Below are positions 9,308 through 18,271 of a stretch of 64,000 bases of DNA, piece by piece. Positions within the stretch are counted from its first letter, which is position 1. Each line of letters starts with the position of its first letter. This stretch comes from Candidatus Pacearchaeota archaeon (lineage in GTDB: Archaea > Nanobdellota > Nanobdellia > Pacearchaeales > GW2011-AR1). The stretch covers positions 14,768 to 78,767 of the forward strand of contig JAAOYJ010000003.1 in NCBI GenBank assembly GCA_018221285.1, written 5' to 3'. A model generated the notes under the pieces. The model searched no databases. It was not told the DNA's origin and saw only the letters and a list, made by a program, of their open reading frames with translations. The position numbers and the translations under genes are program-made.

Positions 9308-9410
9308 TTGCTCATTCTCTTCGAGAATTCGGGATAAAAAGTAGCTAACTAAAAAATAACAATTTAAGAGTTACTCAATTGTGTTATGCGAAGTTAATCT
9401 ATTAACTACT
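9308..9410. repeat. Dispersed ~100-bp structured intergenic element, copy 2 (family A)
   Basis: Colinear similarity to 3078-3175; followed by a GC hairpin gcgcgtcagcgc and gggagggtgggaggg. Confidence 0.65.
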
Positions 9411-9491
9411 CCGCGCGTCAGCGCGTACGGGAGGGTGGGAGGGACAAAGTTGAGCAGGTAAATTTTTATATTGTTCTTTTCTTTGAATTTC

Positions 9492-9728
9492 ATGAAACTA
9501 AAAAAATGGAAATTGCCTATTCAGATAATACTCCTTCTCACAATATTGATGTTATGGGCAAGTGCAAGTTGGGATATAATATACCTTACCCTAAATGGAA
9601 AAGTAAATAAAATAATTATGGGCATTATCCATATTGTCTTAATCTTTATTATTATAGAAATTTTACTTAGAAAAACAGAACCTGGAATGTACATTGATAA
9701 TAAAATTTTCAAAAGAAACGGAAACTAA
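9492..9728 (+). CDS. Small two-TM membrane protein
   Basis: Two hydrophobic helices; ATG 9492 preferred over the TTG start. Confidence 0.55.
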   Translation: MKLKKWKLPIQIILLLTILMLWASASWDIIYLTLNGKVNKIIMGIIHIVLIFIIIEILLRKTEPGMYIDNKIFKRNGN

Positions 9729-9730
9729 AG

Positions 9731-9865
9731 ATGCCAAAAAAACTCAAAAAGTGTAAGGACTGCAAAACATATACTCTAAAAGACATTTGTAAAAAATGCG
9801 AATCTCAGACAACGAATGCCCATTATAAATTTGTTAGAATTCGGGATGTTCAGAAATCAAAATGA
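9731..9865 (+). CDS. nop10: Nop10-like zinc-ribbon protein (H/ACA RNP)
   Basis: MPKKLKKCKDCKTYTLKDICKKCESQTTNAHYKF...; CxxC-YTLK-CxxC-H, near aIF-2alpha as usual in archaea. Not in ORF track (44 aa). Confidence 0.8.
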   Translation: MPKKLKKCKDCKTYTLKDICKKCESQTTNAHYKFVRIRDVQKSK

Positions 9866-9898
9866 CTTTTCTGGAACAATAATTAATTTAAAGTATTA

Positions 9899-10216
9899 AT
9901 GTTAGATAATAAAATGGTCACAGAATACACAGGAACAATTCACTGGATTTATGGGGAGAAGAAATGGCATGAAAAAAAAGGAAACTATAAAATTCATGGA
10001 CACAAAGATGAAGAAATAAAATTTTTTGCAGAATCAGATAAAGAAGCATTAAAAACAGTACTAGGAAGGGCAAGAGAAAAAATTAATAATTCTAAACTAC
10101 CAGGGAGACCAATATTCGGAACAATCGAACTTTTTTTGAAAAAATTAGAATCTGCAAAGAGAGAGGTTTCATTAGAAAACATTAAAACTGACATGTCAAA
10201 ACCTGTCTTCAATTAA
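9899..10216 (+). CDS. Hypothetical protein
   Basis: ORF fills the gap; start may be ATG 9914. Confidence 0.5.
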   Translation: MLDNKMVTEYTGTIHWIYGEKKWHEKKGNYKIHGHKDEEIKFFAESDKEALKTVLGRAREKINNSKLPGRPIFGTIELFLKKLESAKREVSLENIKTDMSKPVFN

Positions 10217-11451
10217 AATAAAGTCTCCTGCCCATCTCCAACCTGTGCAACACCATATTCTCCATCAAATCCTGGCTTAACAGTTACGTTCCCTTTTCTA
10301 TTCTTCAGAATCAAAGCAATCAATTTACAGTCGACATCTGCCTTAACAAAATCATCTCTTGAAACATCCAACAAAATATTAAACTCATTGCCAAACTCCC
10401 TAATCAAATTATTATAGACATCCCAAACTTTCTTACTCTGCATACCAAAACCTAAATTCAATGTAATTAATTCATGCAACGGAAGAAGTGTATAAAAAGG
10501 TTTTTTGATCTGATGATTGCTCTCTTCGTTTGTAAGTTCTTCAACCCGATATTCGACACCAATAACTAATGGCTTTCCACACTTCGGACAATTTCCATCT
10601 AACTCTCTTGTCTTCTTAGGATCACAAGAAAAATCGCAATTCCTATGCCCATCCCAATGATACTTGCCATAAGCAGGGTCAGTCTCAATCGTTGCTATAA
10701 AATCATTTTCACGAATCTGCCTAATTACTTCTTTATACGAATCACATTTTTGAAAAATAGTTGCCTCTCTTCCCATTCTAAAAGGCCAAAAACTATGCGC
10801 ATCTGAAAAACTAACAATAGACTTATTCTCCAAATCCTTTATCTTCCAATTCATTTCAGGGTCAGACGACATCCCAGTTTCAATCGCATGCACATTATCA
10901 AACTGATCTCCAAAAGCCTCTTTCATAGAATCAAAACCAGATTTACTCCCAAACAAACTAAACCATGGGGTCCAAATATGCGCAGGAATAACTTCAATCT
11001 CTTTCGAAATCTTCATCATATCCTCAACAAATTCTCCAGCAGGAATTTTAAAAATCGGCCGACCATCATAATCCCGACGACCTTTTGTATCCAAATATCC
11101 ATTAATCTTTTCAGCAACCTCAATCGACGGAACCAAAATAACTAAATGCATTCTTCTTCCTCTTCCTTGTGTATAAATCAAACTTATCTCTCCAGAAATT
11201 ATAAATGGGAAATCATCAAGATAGTAAAATCCTTTTCCCCTATCCTCCAACTTCTCTTTAATCTCCTCGATCCAAACTGGATGTGTAAAATCTCCAGTCC
11301 CCAAAAGATGCAATCCTTTGATCTTCGCCCATTTCACTAAATTCTCAAAAGTAATATTCCGACTACACGCCTGAGAAAACCGTGAGTGAATATGCAAATC
11401 GCTAATCATCCAATTTTCTTTTTGAATCATTCTATTAATTAAAAAACACAT
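10213..11451 (-). CDS. PHP-domain endonuclease Q family protein (TIGR00375-like)
   Basis: DLHIHSRFS, GTGDFTHP, PAHIWTPW, SDAHS, GKYHWDGHR, zinc finger, PGFDGEYG; true start probably at MISDLH. Confidence 0.88.
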   Translation of the reverse strand: MCFLINRMIQKENWMISDLHIHSRFSQACSRNITFENLVKWAKIKGLHLLGTGDFTHPVWIEEIKEKLEDRGKGFYYLDDFPFIISGEISLIYTQGRGRRMHLVILVPSIEVAEKINGYLDTKGRRDYDGRPIFKIPAGEFVEDMMKISKEIEVIPAHIWTPWFSLFGSKSGFDSMKEAFGDQFDNVHAIETGMSSDPEMNWKIKDLENKSIVSFSDAHSFWPFRMGREATIFQKCDSYKEVIRQIRENDFIATIETDPAYGKYHWDGHRNCDFSCDPKKTRELDGNCPKCGKPLVIGVEYRVEELTNEESNHQIKKPFYTLLPLHELITLNLGFGMQSKKVWDVYNNLIREFGNEFNILLDVSRDDFVKADVDCKLIALILKNRKGNVTVKPGFDGEYGVAQVGDGQETLF

Positions 11452-11480
11452 TTTATAAATCTTAACAATTAGTTATCTTT

Positions 11481-12389
11481 ATGCTTAAAAAATTCAAACA
11501 CTATTTTCTCAACCTAATTTTAATTTGGCTTGCAATATTATTCTACAAAACAAATGACTACTATCTTAACTTCCTAAGAAGTGAAACTCAAACGATAATA
11601 TTATTCCTTGCTTTAATATATACTATTTTTGGATTTCTATATTATCTCTTAACACCATCGAGAAAAACAAAAAAATCAGTGGCAACTTCAATTTTATTTA
11701 TGTTAGTAAAAATCTTCTTCCTTCCTTTAATGCTAAACTTCACACTCAATAACCTCGGAGCATTCAAACATCAATTCGCATCTCTCACAATTAATTCCTT
11801 TCTAACAATCAACAGTTTCAACACAATCTTATTCCCCTTTCTTCTAACAACAATTTTCTTAATCGACACTTTATGGTTCTCGTTTGGCTACGCATTTGAA
11901 GCAGGTTTCCTAAAAAACACAATCCGCTCAGTAGAACCAACAATCCTCGGATGGGCAGTCGCACTAATCTGCTACCCTCCTTTCAATTCCTTTGCTGTAA
12001 AATACATTGATTGGTACGCGAATGACACAGTCTTCTTTTTCAACAACCCCATAACTTTCGCCATAAGAATAATAATTATCTTATCACTAATAGTTTATGT
12101 CAGTGCAACACTTGCTCTTGGAACAAAATGCTCTAACCTAACAAACCGAGGAATTGTCTCCAGAGGACCTTACGCAATCATACGTCATCCAGCATACATC
12201 TCAAAAAACCTCGCATGGTGGCTTACAATCATCCCAATAGCATCTCCATTCGCAATCCTAAGCATGGGAGCATGGTCTTTCATATACCATCTAAGAACAA
12301 TCACTGAAGAACGCCACCTCTCAAAAGACCCTGATTACATAGAATACAAAAAGAAAGTAAAATATAGATATATCCCAGGAATTTATTGA
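11481..12389 (+). CDS. ICMT/PEMT-family membrane methyltransferase
   Basis: Multiple TM helices; GPY..IRHP.Y and R..TEE.HL...Y..Y...V.YR.IP motifs. Confidence 0.8.
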   Translation: MLKKFKHYFLNLILIWLAILFYKTNDYYLNFLRSETQTIILFLALIYTIFGFLYYLLTPSRKTKKSVATSILFMLVKIFFLPLMLNFTLNNLGAFKHQFASLTINSFLTINSFNTILFPFLLTTIFLIDTLWFSFGYAFEAGFLKNTIRSVEPTILGWAVALICYPPFNSFAVKYIDWYANDTVFFFNNPITFAIRIIIILSLIVYVSATLALGTKCSNLTNRGIVSRGPYAIIRHPAYISKNLAWWLTIIPIASPFAILSMGAWSFIYHLRTITEERHLSKDPDYIEYKKKVKYRYIPGIY

Positions 12390-12401
12390 GAGATAATAAT
12401 T

Positions 12402-14354
12402 TTATTTTGTATAAGTTTTGCTTCTTTTCTTCACAATAACCACACCAACAATCACTGCCAAAATAATCGCTAGCAAAATTATTCCTATTAGAACATACAC
12501 TTTAGTTAAATTTTTTTCTGGTTCTGGCTCTGGTTCTGGCGCTGGTTCAGGTTCTGGAGGAGTTACATCTTCAGCAGTACTTTCAACAACTACCTCTTCT
12601 GGAATAAGTTCATTCAAATATTTGATTGTAAGATTTGCTTTTCCACTAACTATCTCATTCAACTTAACATAAATATCATAATAACCATCTTCATCAAAAT
12701 CCATTTTGACATCTTCTCCTCCTTCTAAATTAACTTGAACAGGATCGCTTGCAATTTCTATTTTTGCAGAAGTCTCTGTTAATTCTCTTACTCCAATAAA
12801 ATGTTCCTCATCATTAAATTTAATTTTAACTCTTTCTTTTACTCTCAAACCTCCTCCACTAAAACTAGATGTCTCAATTTTCTCAATCTCTTTAAACTCT
12901 TGTCCTGTTTGAGGAATTGTTTTTGAATAAGTGAATGTTGAAGTTGTTGCTCCCCCTCCTGAAGAACTACTAGAACTACTATCACTATCTTGACCTTGGA
13001 GAGTATAATAGACAGTTGTACCCGCAAAATTTCCAGCATAATCTGTAACACTACATGAATATGAAAATGTTCCTGAAAGAGCCGTCGACGGCGTTGAAGT
13101 TGCAGAGGTGAGAGCACCATTAATCCCAGAAACTGAATCAGAACCTCCACAAGTACATGTAACAACATCTCCTGTCACAGCCGTGGAAGGAGTGCATGAA
13201 GCAGAAGGTGTTGGCGCAGTTGTATCAACCCTCAAAGTTCTGTTTACAATTGACCAATTACCATTGCTAGCGGTATCATTACAATAAACTCCCCAAATAT
13301 AAATTCCGTCTACAATTCCTGAAACAGTTATATTCCAAAAAGAATCATTTAAAATAGATGCATTGGTTTGATTTGCCTGCCATCCTGAAGACCAGTTTCC
13401 ATAAAGAACTCCTTTACTAAGACTATAAACATCTACACATTTTAAATCAAAAACAACATCAGCACTTGAACTATTAGAATCATTCACAGGATTTGTGCCC
13501 ATAGAAGCTGTTGGTGATGTAATGTCATATTTAATTGTGATATATTCAGATTTATTAACATTTCCTGCACTATCGTTTGCAGAAACAGTAATATTATATA
13601 TTCCCCCTTCAGCTAATACTAAATCATTTAGAGTTGCATTCCAATAATCTCCTGCGAAGTTTGTTGCTTGCAGCCAAGAGACTTGCGTTCCATTTGAAAC
13701 ATTAAAGAAAACCGTACTTACACCAACAGTATCACTAATTGTAACATTTATCACTTGGGCTAAAGAGATATTAGCATTATTAGGAGGTGTATTAAATGCG
13801 GTTACGGCTGGCTCAGTTGTATCATTGACTTCAAAAGAAAGGTTAGATTCATAACTAGCAGTTACATTTGTTGTTCTAACCGTAATGTTATATGTTCCTG
13901 GAGCTGTACAAGTTGTGTTAAACCAGAAAAATTTCGACTCACTTGCATTAATAACATAACCAGTTGCATTTGTCCAACTTAGAATATTACTATTATTAAG
14001 AAAATCGTCTACAGCAGAAGAATTAACAGAACCAGCACTTGAACCATCAGTAGCTAAAACAAACGTACATGATGCCGCAGATGGTAAAGTAATATTAACT
14101 GAAGTTATATTAGCTGTTTGCAGTGTATCTGTATTATTAACAGTTATATTAAATAAATTGCTAACATCTTCATCAACTGAAAAAGAAGTTCCTCCAGATG
14201 ATGTTGTAATGGTATGCGCTGCAAAAACAAAATACATTGACAAAATCACAATTGAAAATATAAATGTCCCAATAACTAAGATATCTCTTTTATCAACCAT
14301 CTTTTTATTACTCTTCATCAGAGAAATCTCGTTTATAAAACTTTTCAACAACAA
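12402..14354 (-). CDS. Membrane-anchored Ig-like surface glycoprotein
   Basis: Signal peptide, many N-x-S/T sequons, D.T.P Ig repeats, Ser/Gly linker, PE repeat, C-terminal TM plus basic tail; true start probably MVDKRD. Confidence 0.8.
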   Translation of the reverse strand: MLLKSFINEISLMKSNKKMVDKRDILVIGTFIFSIVILSMYFVFAAHTITTSSGGTSFSVDEDVSNLFNITVNNTDTLQTANITSVNITLPSAASCTFVLATDGSSAGSVNSSAVDDFLNNSNILSWTNATGYVINASESKFFWFNTTCTAPGTYNITVRTTNVTASYESNLSFEVNDTTEPAVTAFNTPPNNANISLAQVINVTISDTVGVSTVFFNVSNGTQVSWLQATNFAGDYWNATLNDLVLAEGGIYNITVSANDSAGNVNKSEYITIKYDITSPTASMGTNPVNDSNSSSADVVFDLKCVDVYSLSKGVLYGNWSSGWQANQTNASILNDSFWNITVSGIVDGIYIWGVYCNDTASNGNWSIVNRTLRVDTTAPTPSASCTPSTAVTGDVVTCTCGGSDSVSGINGALTSATSTPSTALSGTFSYSCSVTDYAGNFAGTTVYYTLQGQDSDSSSSSSSGGGATTSTFTYSKTIPQTGQEFKEIEKIETSSFSGGGLRVKERVKIKFNDEEHFIGVRELTETSAKIEIASDPVQVNLEGGEDVKMDFDEDGYYDIYVKLNEIVSGKANLTIKYLNELIPEEVVVESTAEDVTPPEPEPAPEPEPEPEKNLTKVYVLIGIILLAIILAVIVGVVIVKKRSKTYTK

Positions 14355-14384
14355 ATTTTATAAACTCCTCAACAAAATAATACT

Positions 14385-14897
14385 ATGGAAAAACAAAGGA
14401 CATTGGTTTTGATCAAACCTGATGGAGTAGTTAGAAGTCTTATTGGAAAAATTATCATGCGTTTTGAAGATGCTGGTTTGAAAATTGTAGGGATGAAAAT
14501 GGTCTGGATAAATGAAAAATTCGCAAGAAAACATTATCGAGCAGACTTGGATGAAAGATACAAAGAGGTTGAAGAAAAATATGGCAGAAATGTAAGAAAT
14601 GAATTAGTAAGATATATTAAAGAAGGCCCAGTAATAGCATTTGTATTAGAAGGTATTGATGTAATAAAAGTCGTGAGAAAAATCACAGGATCAACTTACC
14701 CTAATGAATCTCCTTCAGGAACAATACGAGGAGATTTTGCACATATATCAAAAGATTTTGCAAACGCAAATAATGTAATGGTCAAAAACCTAATCCACGC
14801 ATCAGAAGATCCTGAAGGCGCAAAGATAGAAATTGAATTATGGTTCTCTCCTGAAGAACTCCATTCTTACAAAACAGTTCATGATATTTTAATGTAA
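14385..14897 (+). CDS. ndk: Nucleoside diphosphate kinase
   Basis: RTLVLIKPDG, GTIRGDF, NLIHAS. Confidence 0.95.
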   Translation: MEKQRTLVLIKPDGVVRSLIGKIIMRFEDAGLKIVGMKMVWINEKFARKHYRADLDERYKEVEEKYGRNVRNELVRYIKEGPVIAFVLEGIDVIKVVRKITGSTYPNESPSGTIRGDFAHISKDFANANNVMVKNLIHASEDPEGAKIEIELWFSPEELHSYKTVHDILM

Positions 14898-15152
14898 TTA
14901 CTTCAAACCTACTTGTTTCGCTAAATTATCTAATTGGGAACTAACATCAACTACTTCATCAGAATATTGTGAATTATCACTATAAAATAAATGGTCTGGA
15001 ACTCTTTCATTATCTCCTGGGAAACGCTGCCCATAATCAGCCCTAAATTTTTCTGTTTTTAAAATATCTCTTAAAATTAACACCATCTTATTATTACTAA
15101 CCCTCTTATTTATATAAACTTTTATGTGATTTAATAAGAACGAACATTCCAC
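14898..15152 (-). CDS. Small hypothetical protein
   Basis: ORF only; start may be MVLILR. Confidence 0.4.
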   Translation of the reverse strand: MECSFLLNHIKVYINKRVSNNKMVLILRDILKTEKFRADYGQRFPGDNERVPDHLFYSDNSQYSDEVVDVSSQLDNLAKQVGLK

Positions 15153-15658
15153 AACATATCAAAAAAAGCTTTTTCTGCTTTATCTCTTAAACCTTCAACA
15201 ACACATTGCTTTCCAGCAATCCTCTCAAAATGTTTTCTAACTACTTTGGCAGGCACTCTATCAGGAGTTATATCTATATGTTCCATATCAACATTTTCTA
15301 ATAAACGTTTTTTCTTTTCATCCCAAGCTTCCACAACAACAGGACCATTATATAAATAAGCTTGATAAGTAGTCATTAATTGTTTTTCTTCAGCAAAAGA
15401 GTAACATATAAATTTCTTAAATGGGGGAGAGCCATCAGTTGTACCTCTTCCATCAACAGCCCAAATTAAAGCAATCTCTGGAATTGCTGGAACGATATCT
15501 AATGAAACTTTATCATCAGGATAACCCCATTCAGAATTAATAGCTCTTAATAGCCTTTTATCAGAATCTTTATCATACTTTGTAAGAGCAAATCCCTGCA
15601 CTTCTGTATCTCCATTAATTTTCCAATATGTCATCTTATTCATCAACAACCCCTGCAT
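15131..15658 (-). CDS. Hypothetical protein downstream of radA
   Basis: ORF with normal composition; start probably MTYWK just after the radA stop. Confidence 0.6.
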   Translation of the reverse strand: MQGLLMNKMTYWKINGDTEVQGFALTKYDKDSDKRLLRAINSEWGYPDDKVSLDIVPAIPEIALIWAVDGRGTTDGSPPFKKFICYSFAEEKQLMTTYQAYLYNGPVVVEAWDEKKKRLLENVDMEHIDITPDRVPAKVVRKHFERIAGKQCVVEGLRDKAEKAFFDMLWNVRSY

Positions 15659-16643
15659 TGGTTATAAAAAATATTGTTTCATTATCTGGCAAATTTGGAC
15701 TATCTATTAATTTAGCTACCCTTGAACCTTTCTTTCCTCGTCTAAGATAAATCCTATATGTTGAAGCATGTCCTACTATATGCCCTCCAATTGCTGTTGT
15801 CGGATCCCCAAACATCTGAGCAGGATTTGCCATCACCTGATTAGTAACATAAACAGCTATATTATGCGTCTCTGCCAACTTCATCATATCATGCATATAT
15901 CTATTCAATTTCTGCTGCCTATCTGCTAACATTCCTCTTCCCGCATATTCTGCCCTGAAGTGCGCTGTCAGCGAATCAATAATTAACAACTTAATCGGCT
16001 CTCCTTCCTTGATCATCTCTCCAACTCTTTCCAAAAGCAAAACCTGATGGTCTGAATTAAACGCACGCGCAACAAAAATGTTCTTCAAAACTTTTTCAGG
16101 ATTTGCCCCAATACCTTCGGCAATCTGCTTAATCCTTCCTGGTCTAAAGGTTCCCTCTGTATCTATGAAAACACACTTTCCATTTGCCCCGCCTTTATCC
16201 ACAGGCAATTGTACATTAACAGCCAATGTCGAACCAACCTGTGTCTTTCCAGAACCATAGGCACCAAACGCCTCTGTAATCGACCGGCTCTCAACCCCTT
16301 TTCCCCCAAGAAGCTCATCGAAGTTTTTACTTCCAGTTGTAATATAAGAAACATTTGCTCTTTTTTTAGCATACTCAACACCATCTGTAAATCCCAAATC
16401 CAACATATTCCTCGCAGCCTGAATTGCTTTCCGCGCAACAGCAGCTCCAACACCTGCAGCATCACCAAGAACAGCAGGACTCATCACAGCCAAACTCATC
16501 ATATCATAAATACCTGCAGCCTCTAACTTCGCTGCAACAGCAGGCCCAATACCAGGCAAATCAGTCAACTGCGGCTCTTTCTCTACTTCATCGTCCTTAG
16601 AAATTGCCTTCTTAATCTTCTCAACTTCTTTTTTCGAGGCCAT
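15636..16643 (-). CDS. radA: DNA repair and recombination protein RadA
   Basis: HhH N-domain, GAYGSGKTQ, IDTEGTFRP, IIDSL, TNQV, DSPNLP; no intein. Confidence 0.97.
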   Translation of the reverse strand: MASKKEVEKIKKAISKDDEVEKEPQLTDLPGIGPAVAAKLEAAGIYDMMSLAVMSPAVLGDAAGVGAAVARKAIQAARNMLDLGFTDGVEYAKKRANVSYITTGSKNFDELLGGKGVESRSITEAFGAYGSGKTQVGSTLAVNVQLPVDKGGANGKCVFIDTEGTFRPGRIKQIAEGIGANPEKVLKNIFVARAFNSDHQVLLLERVGEMIKEGEPIKLLIIDSLTAHFRAEYAGRGMLADRQQKLNRYMHDMMKLAETHNIAVYVTNQVMANPAQMFGDPTTAIGGHIVGHASTYRIYLRRGKKGSRVAKLIDSPNLPDNETIFFITNAGVVDE

Positions 16644-16703
16644 CTTCTATTTACCTCTCCATAAAAGATGGTCACTTAAAATTTTTAATTTTGTTGTCAT
16701 TTT

Positions 16704-16967
16704 TTAATCTTTAGTTTTAATTACTAAATTTAATAATTCTTCGCCAATTTTTCTATCTATTCCAAAAAAATGTTTTCCAGCTTCATGATACTTTGCCCTA
16801 GCCTTATTAAGAGATTGAATATCATCTCTAAGATTTTTTATTTCAAAAATATCAAGATGTTCATTTAAAAAATCCTTTACCTCAGAATAAGGAACCTTCC
16901 CATTTCGATAACTAATTACAATCTCTCTAGACTTTCTTATAATTTCCTTTTGTGCATCAAAATACAT
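16704..16967 (-). CDS. Hypothetical protein
   Basis: 87-aa ORF with an upstream TATA-like element. Confidence 0.5.
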   Translation of the reverse strand: MYFDAQKEIIRKSREIVISYRNGKVPYSEVKDFLNEHLDIFEIKNLRDDIQSLNKARAKYHEAGKHFFGIDRKIGEELLNLVIKTKD

Positions 16968-17057
16968 AACCTACCAAACCCCTTCCTATTTATAAGGATT
17001 TATAGAATCAAATATATATTAAAAAAGGGCACAATAGATTTTTAAACACGATAGAGA

Positions 17058-17618
17058 TTGAAGTTTATGCAAAAAACATCAAATCTCTTGGATATTGGTC
17101 CCAGACCTCAACCAGCCTATTGGATTTCAAAAGATGTAAAGAAAAGGCTTCAAAATGGTTGGAATTATTTTGGGATGGATATTGGAATAGAAGATTTAGA
17201 AAGAGCGGCAAATGAAAACCCTGGTTATGCTCTTCAAGGAAATTTAATAAAACTCCCTATTAAAAATAATTGTGTTGATGAGATATGGTTAATGAATGTA
17301 TTCGGAGGTTTTGTTAATCCTCCTAAAAAAAGAAATGGAAGCACAACCTATACAATAGGGTTTAATTTTGGGGAAATCCTTAAAGATTTAGGAAAAATTC
17401 TAAAAACAGGTGGAAAGATACTCATGGGAGAGTATTATCGCGGCCCTGACTTATCAAAATATGATTTCAGTGATACAGGCTTTGAAGCAGAAATATTTAA
17501 TAATGGGGATGCTGAAAAATTTTTGGAAAGATATAGATTTAGTATGGCTCACAGTGAAACTATTAAAAAGTGGTCAGAAAACCCTGTATTCGTGGAATTA
17601 AGAAAAAAAGATAATTAA
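17058..17618 (+). CDS. Class I SAM-dependent methyltransferase-like protein
   Basis: LLDIG, GMDI, LP....VD, ILK.GG motifs. Confidence 0.65.
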   Translation: MKFMQKTSNLLDIGPRPQPAYWISKDVKKRLQNGWNYFGMDIGIEDLERAANENPGYALQGNLIKLPIKNNCVDEIWLMNVFGGFVNPPKKRNGSTTYTIGFNFGEILKDLGKILKTGGKILMGEYYRGPDLSKYDFSDTGFEAEIFNNGDAEKFLERYRFSMAHSETIKKWSENPVFVELRKKDN

Positions 17619-18067
17619 TTCTTTTCAATTTCTTCTTCCTTTTTTCCTGTCACATCCTCAGGAATCCGATACTCTTCCCATCTTACTCTTTTCCCCTCAA
17701 TCGCTTCCTTCAACTTCTTCTCACTAGAACTCAACTTCGACTTCCCACTCTTAACCTCAACAAAAACAACTTCATTAATATCTTTCTCATCCATTCCCTT
17801 AAAACAAATCAAATCAATCGGCTTTCCAAGAAACCTACACTCTGTTGGCAAATAAGGAAAGTCAGGAAGATAAGGAGCCAACTGCTCTGAGAACTGCCCT
17901 CCTAAAACCGCCCTCGATCTCATAATCGCATCCTTTCTCTGGCTTGGTATTTCAGCTTCCCATTCTTTATGTTTTCTGAAACTTCCAACACTAATCCCAA
18001 CCCAAAAAGCAATAGCTAAACCAATCAAAAAAACTAACATTAAAATAACTGTTGCTGTTAAATCCAT
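17615..18067 (-). CDS. Membrane-anchored Holliday junction resolvase-like endonuclease (Endonuc_Holl)
   Basis: N-terminal TM, R.DA..RSR....G...EQL.P, FLG.PID, FVEVKSG. Confidence 0.88.
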   Translation of the reverse strand: MDLTATVILMLVFLIGLAIAFWVGISVGSFRKHKEWEAEIPSQRKDAIMRSRAVLGGQFSEQLAPYLPDFPYLPTECRFLGKPIDLICFKGMDEKDINEVVFVEVKSGKSKLSSSEKKLKEAIEGKRVRWEEYRIPEDVTGKKEEEIEKN

Positions 18068-18108
18068 TTTAAGATAAAAAGAAATCAGTTAATAAAATTA
18101 CTCTTCAT

Positions 18109-18270
18109 CTAAAAAATTGCTAAAATCAGTAATCCTATACACATTAAAATAACAAATAAAACCATTACCCAGTACCACCATCTTTCTTCCAAAGGTTTTC
18201 TTTGTTCTCGAATTGGTTGTTTGAGAGGTTGAATTCCATTCATTTGTGAGGGTTGTTGAGTTTCATTCAT
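18109..18270 (-). CDS. Small tail-anchored protein (53 aa)
   Basis: MNETQQPSQMNGIQPLKQPIREQRKPLEERWWYWVMVLFVILMCIGLLILAIF; resembles 48036-48239. Not in ORF track. Confidence 0.65.
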   Translation of the reverse strand: MNETQQPSQMNGIQPLKQPIREQRKPLEERWWYWVMVLFVILMCIGLLILAIF

Positions 18271-18271
18271 C

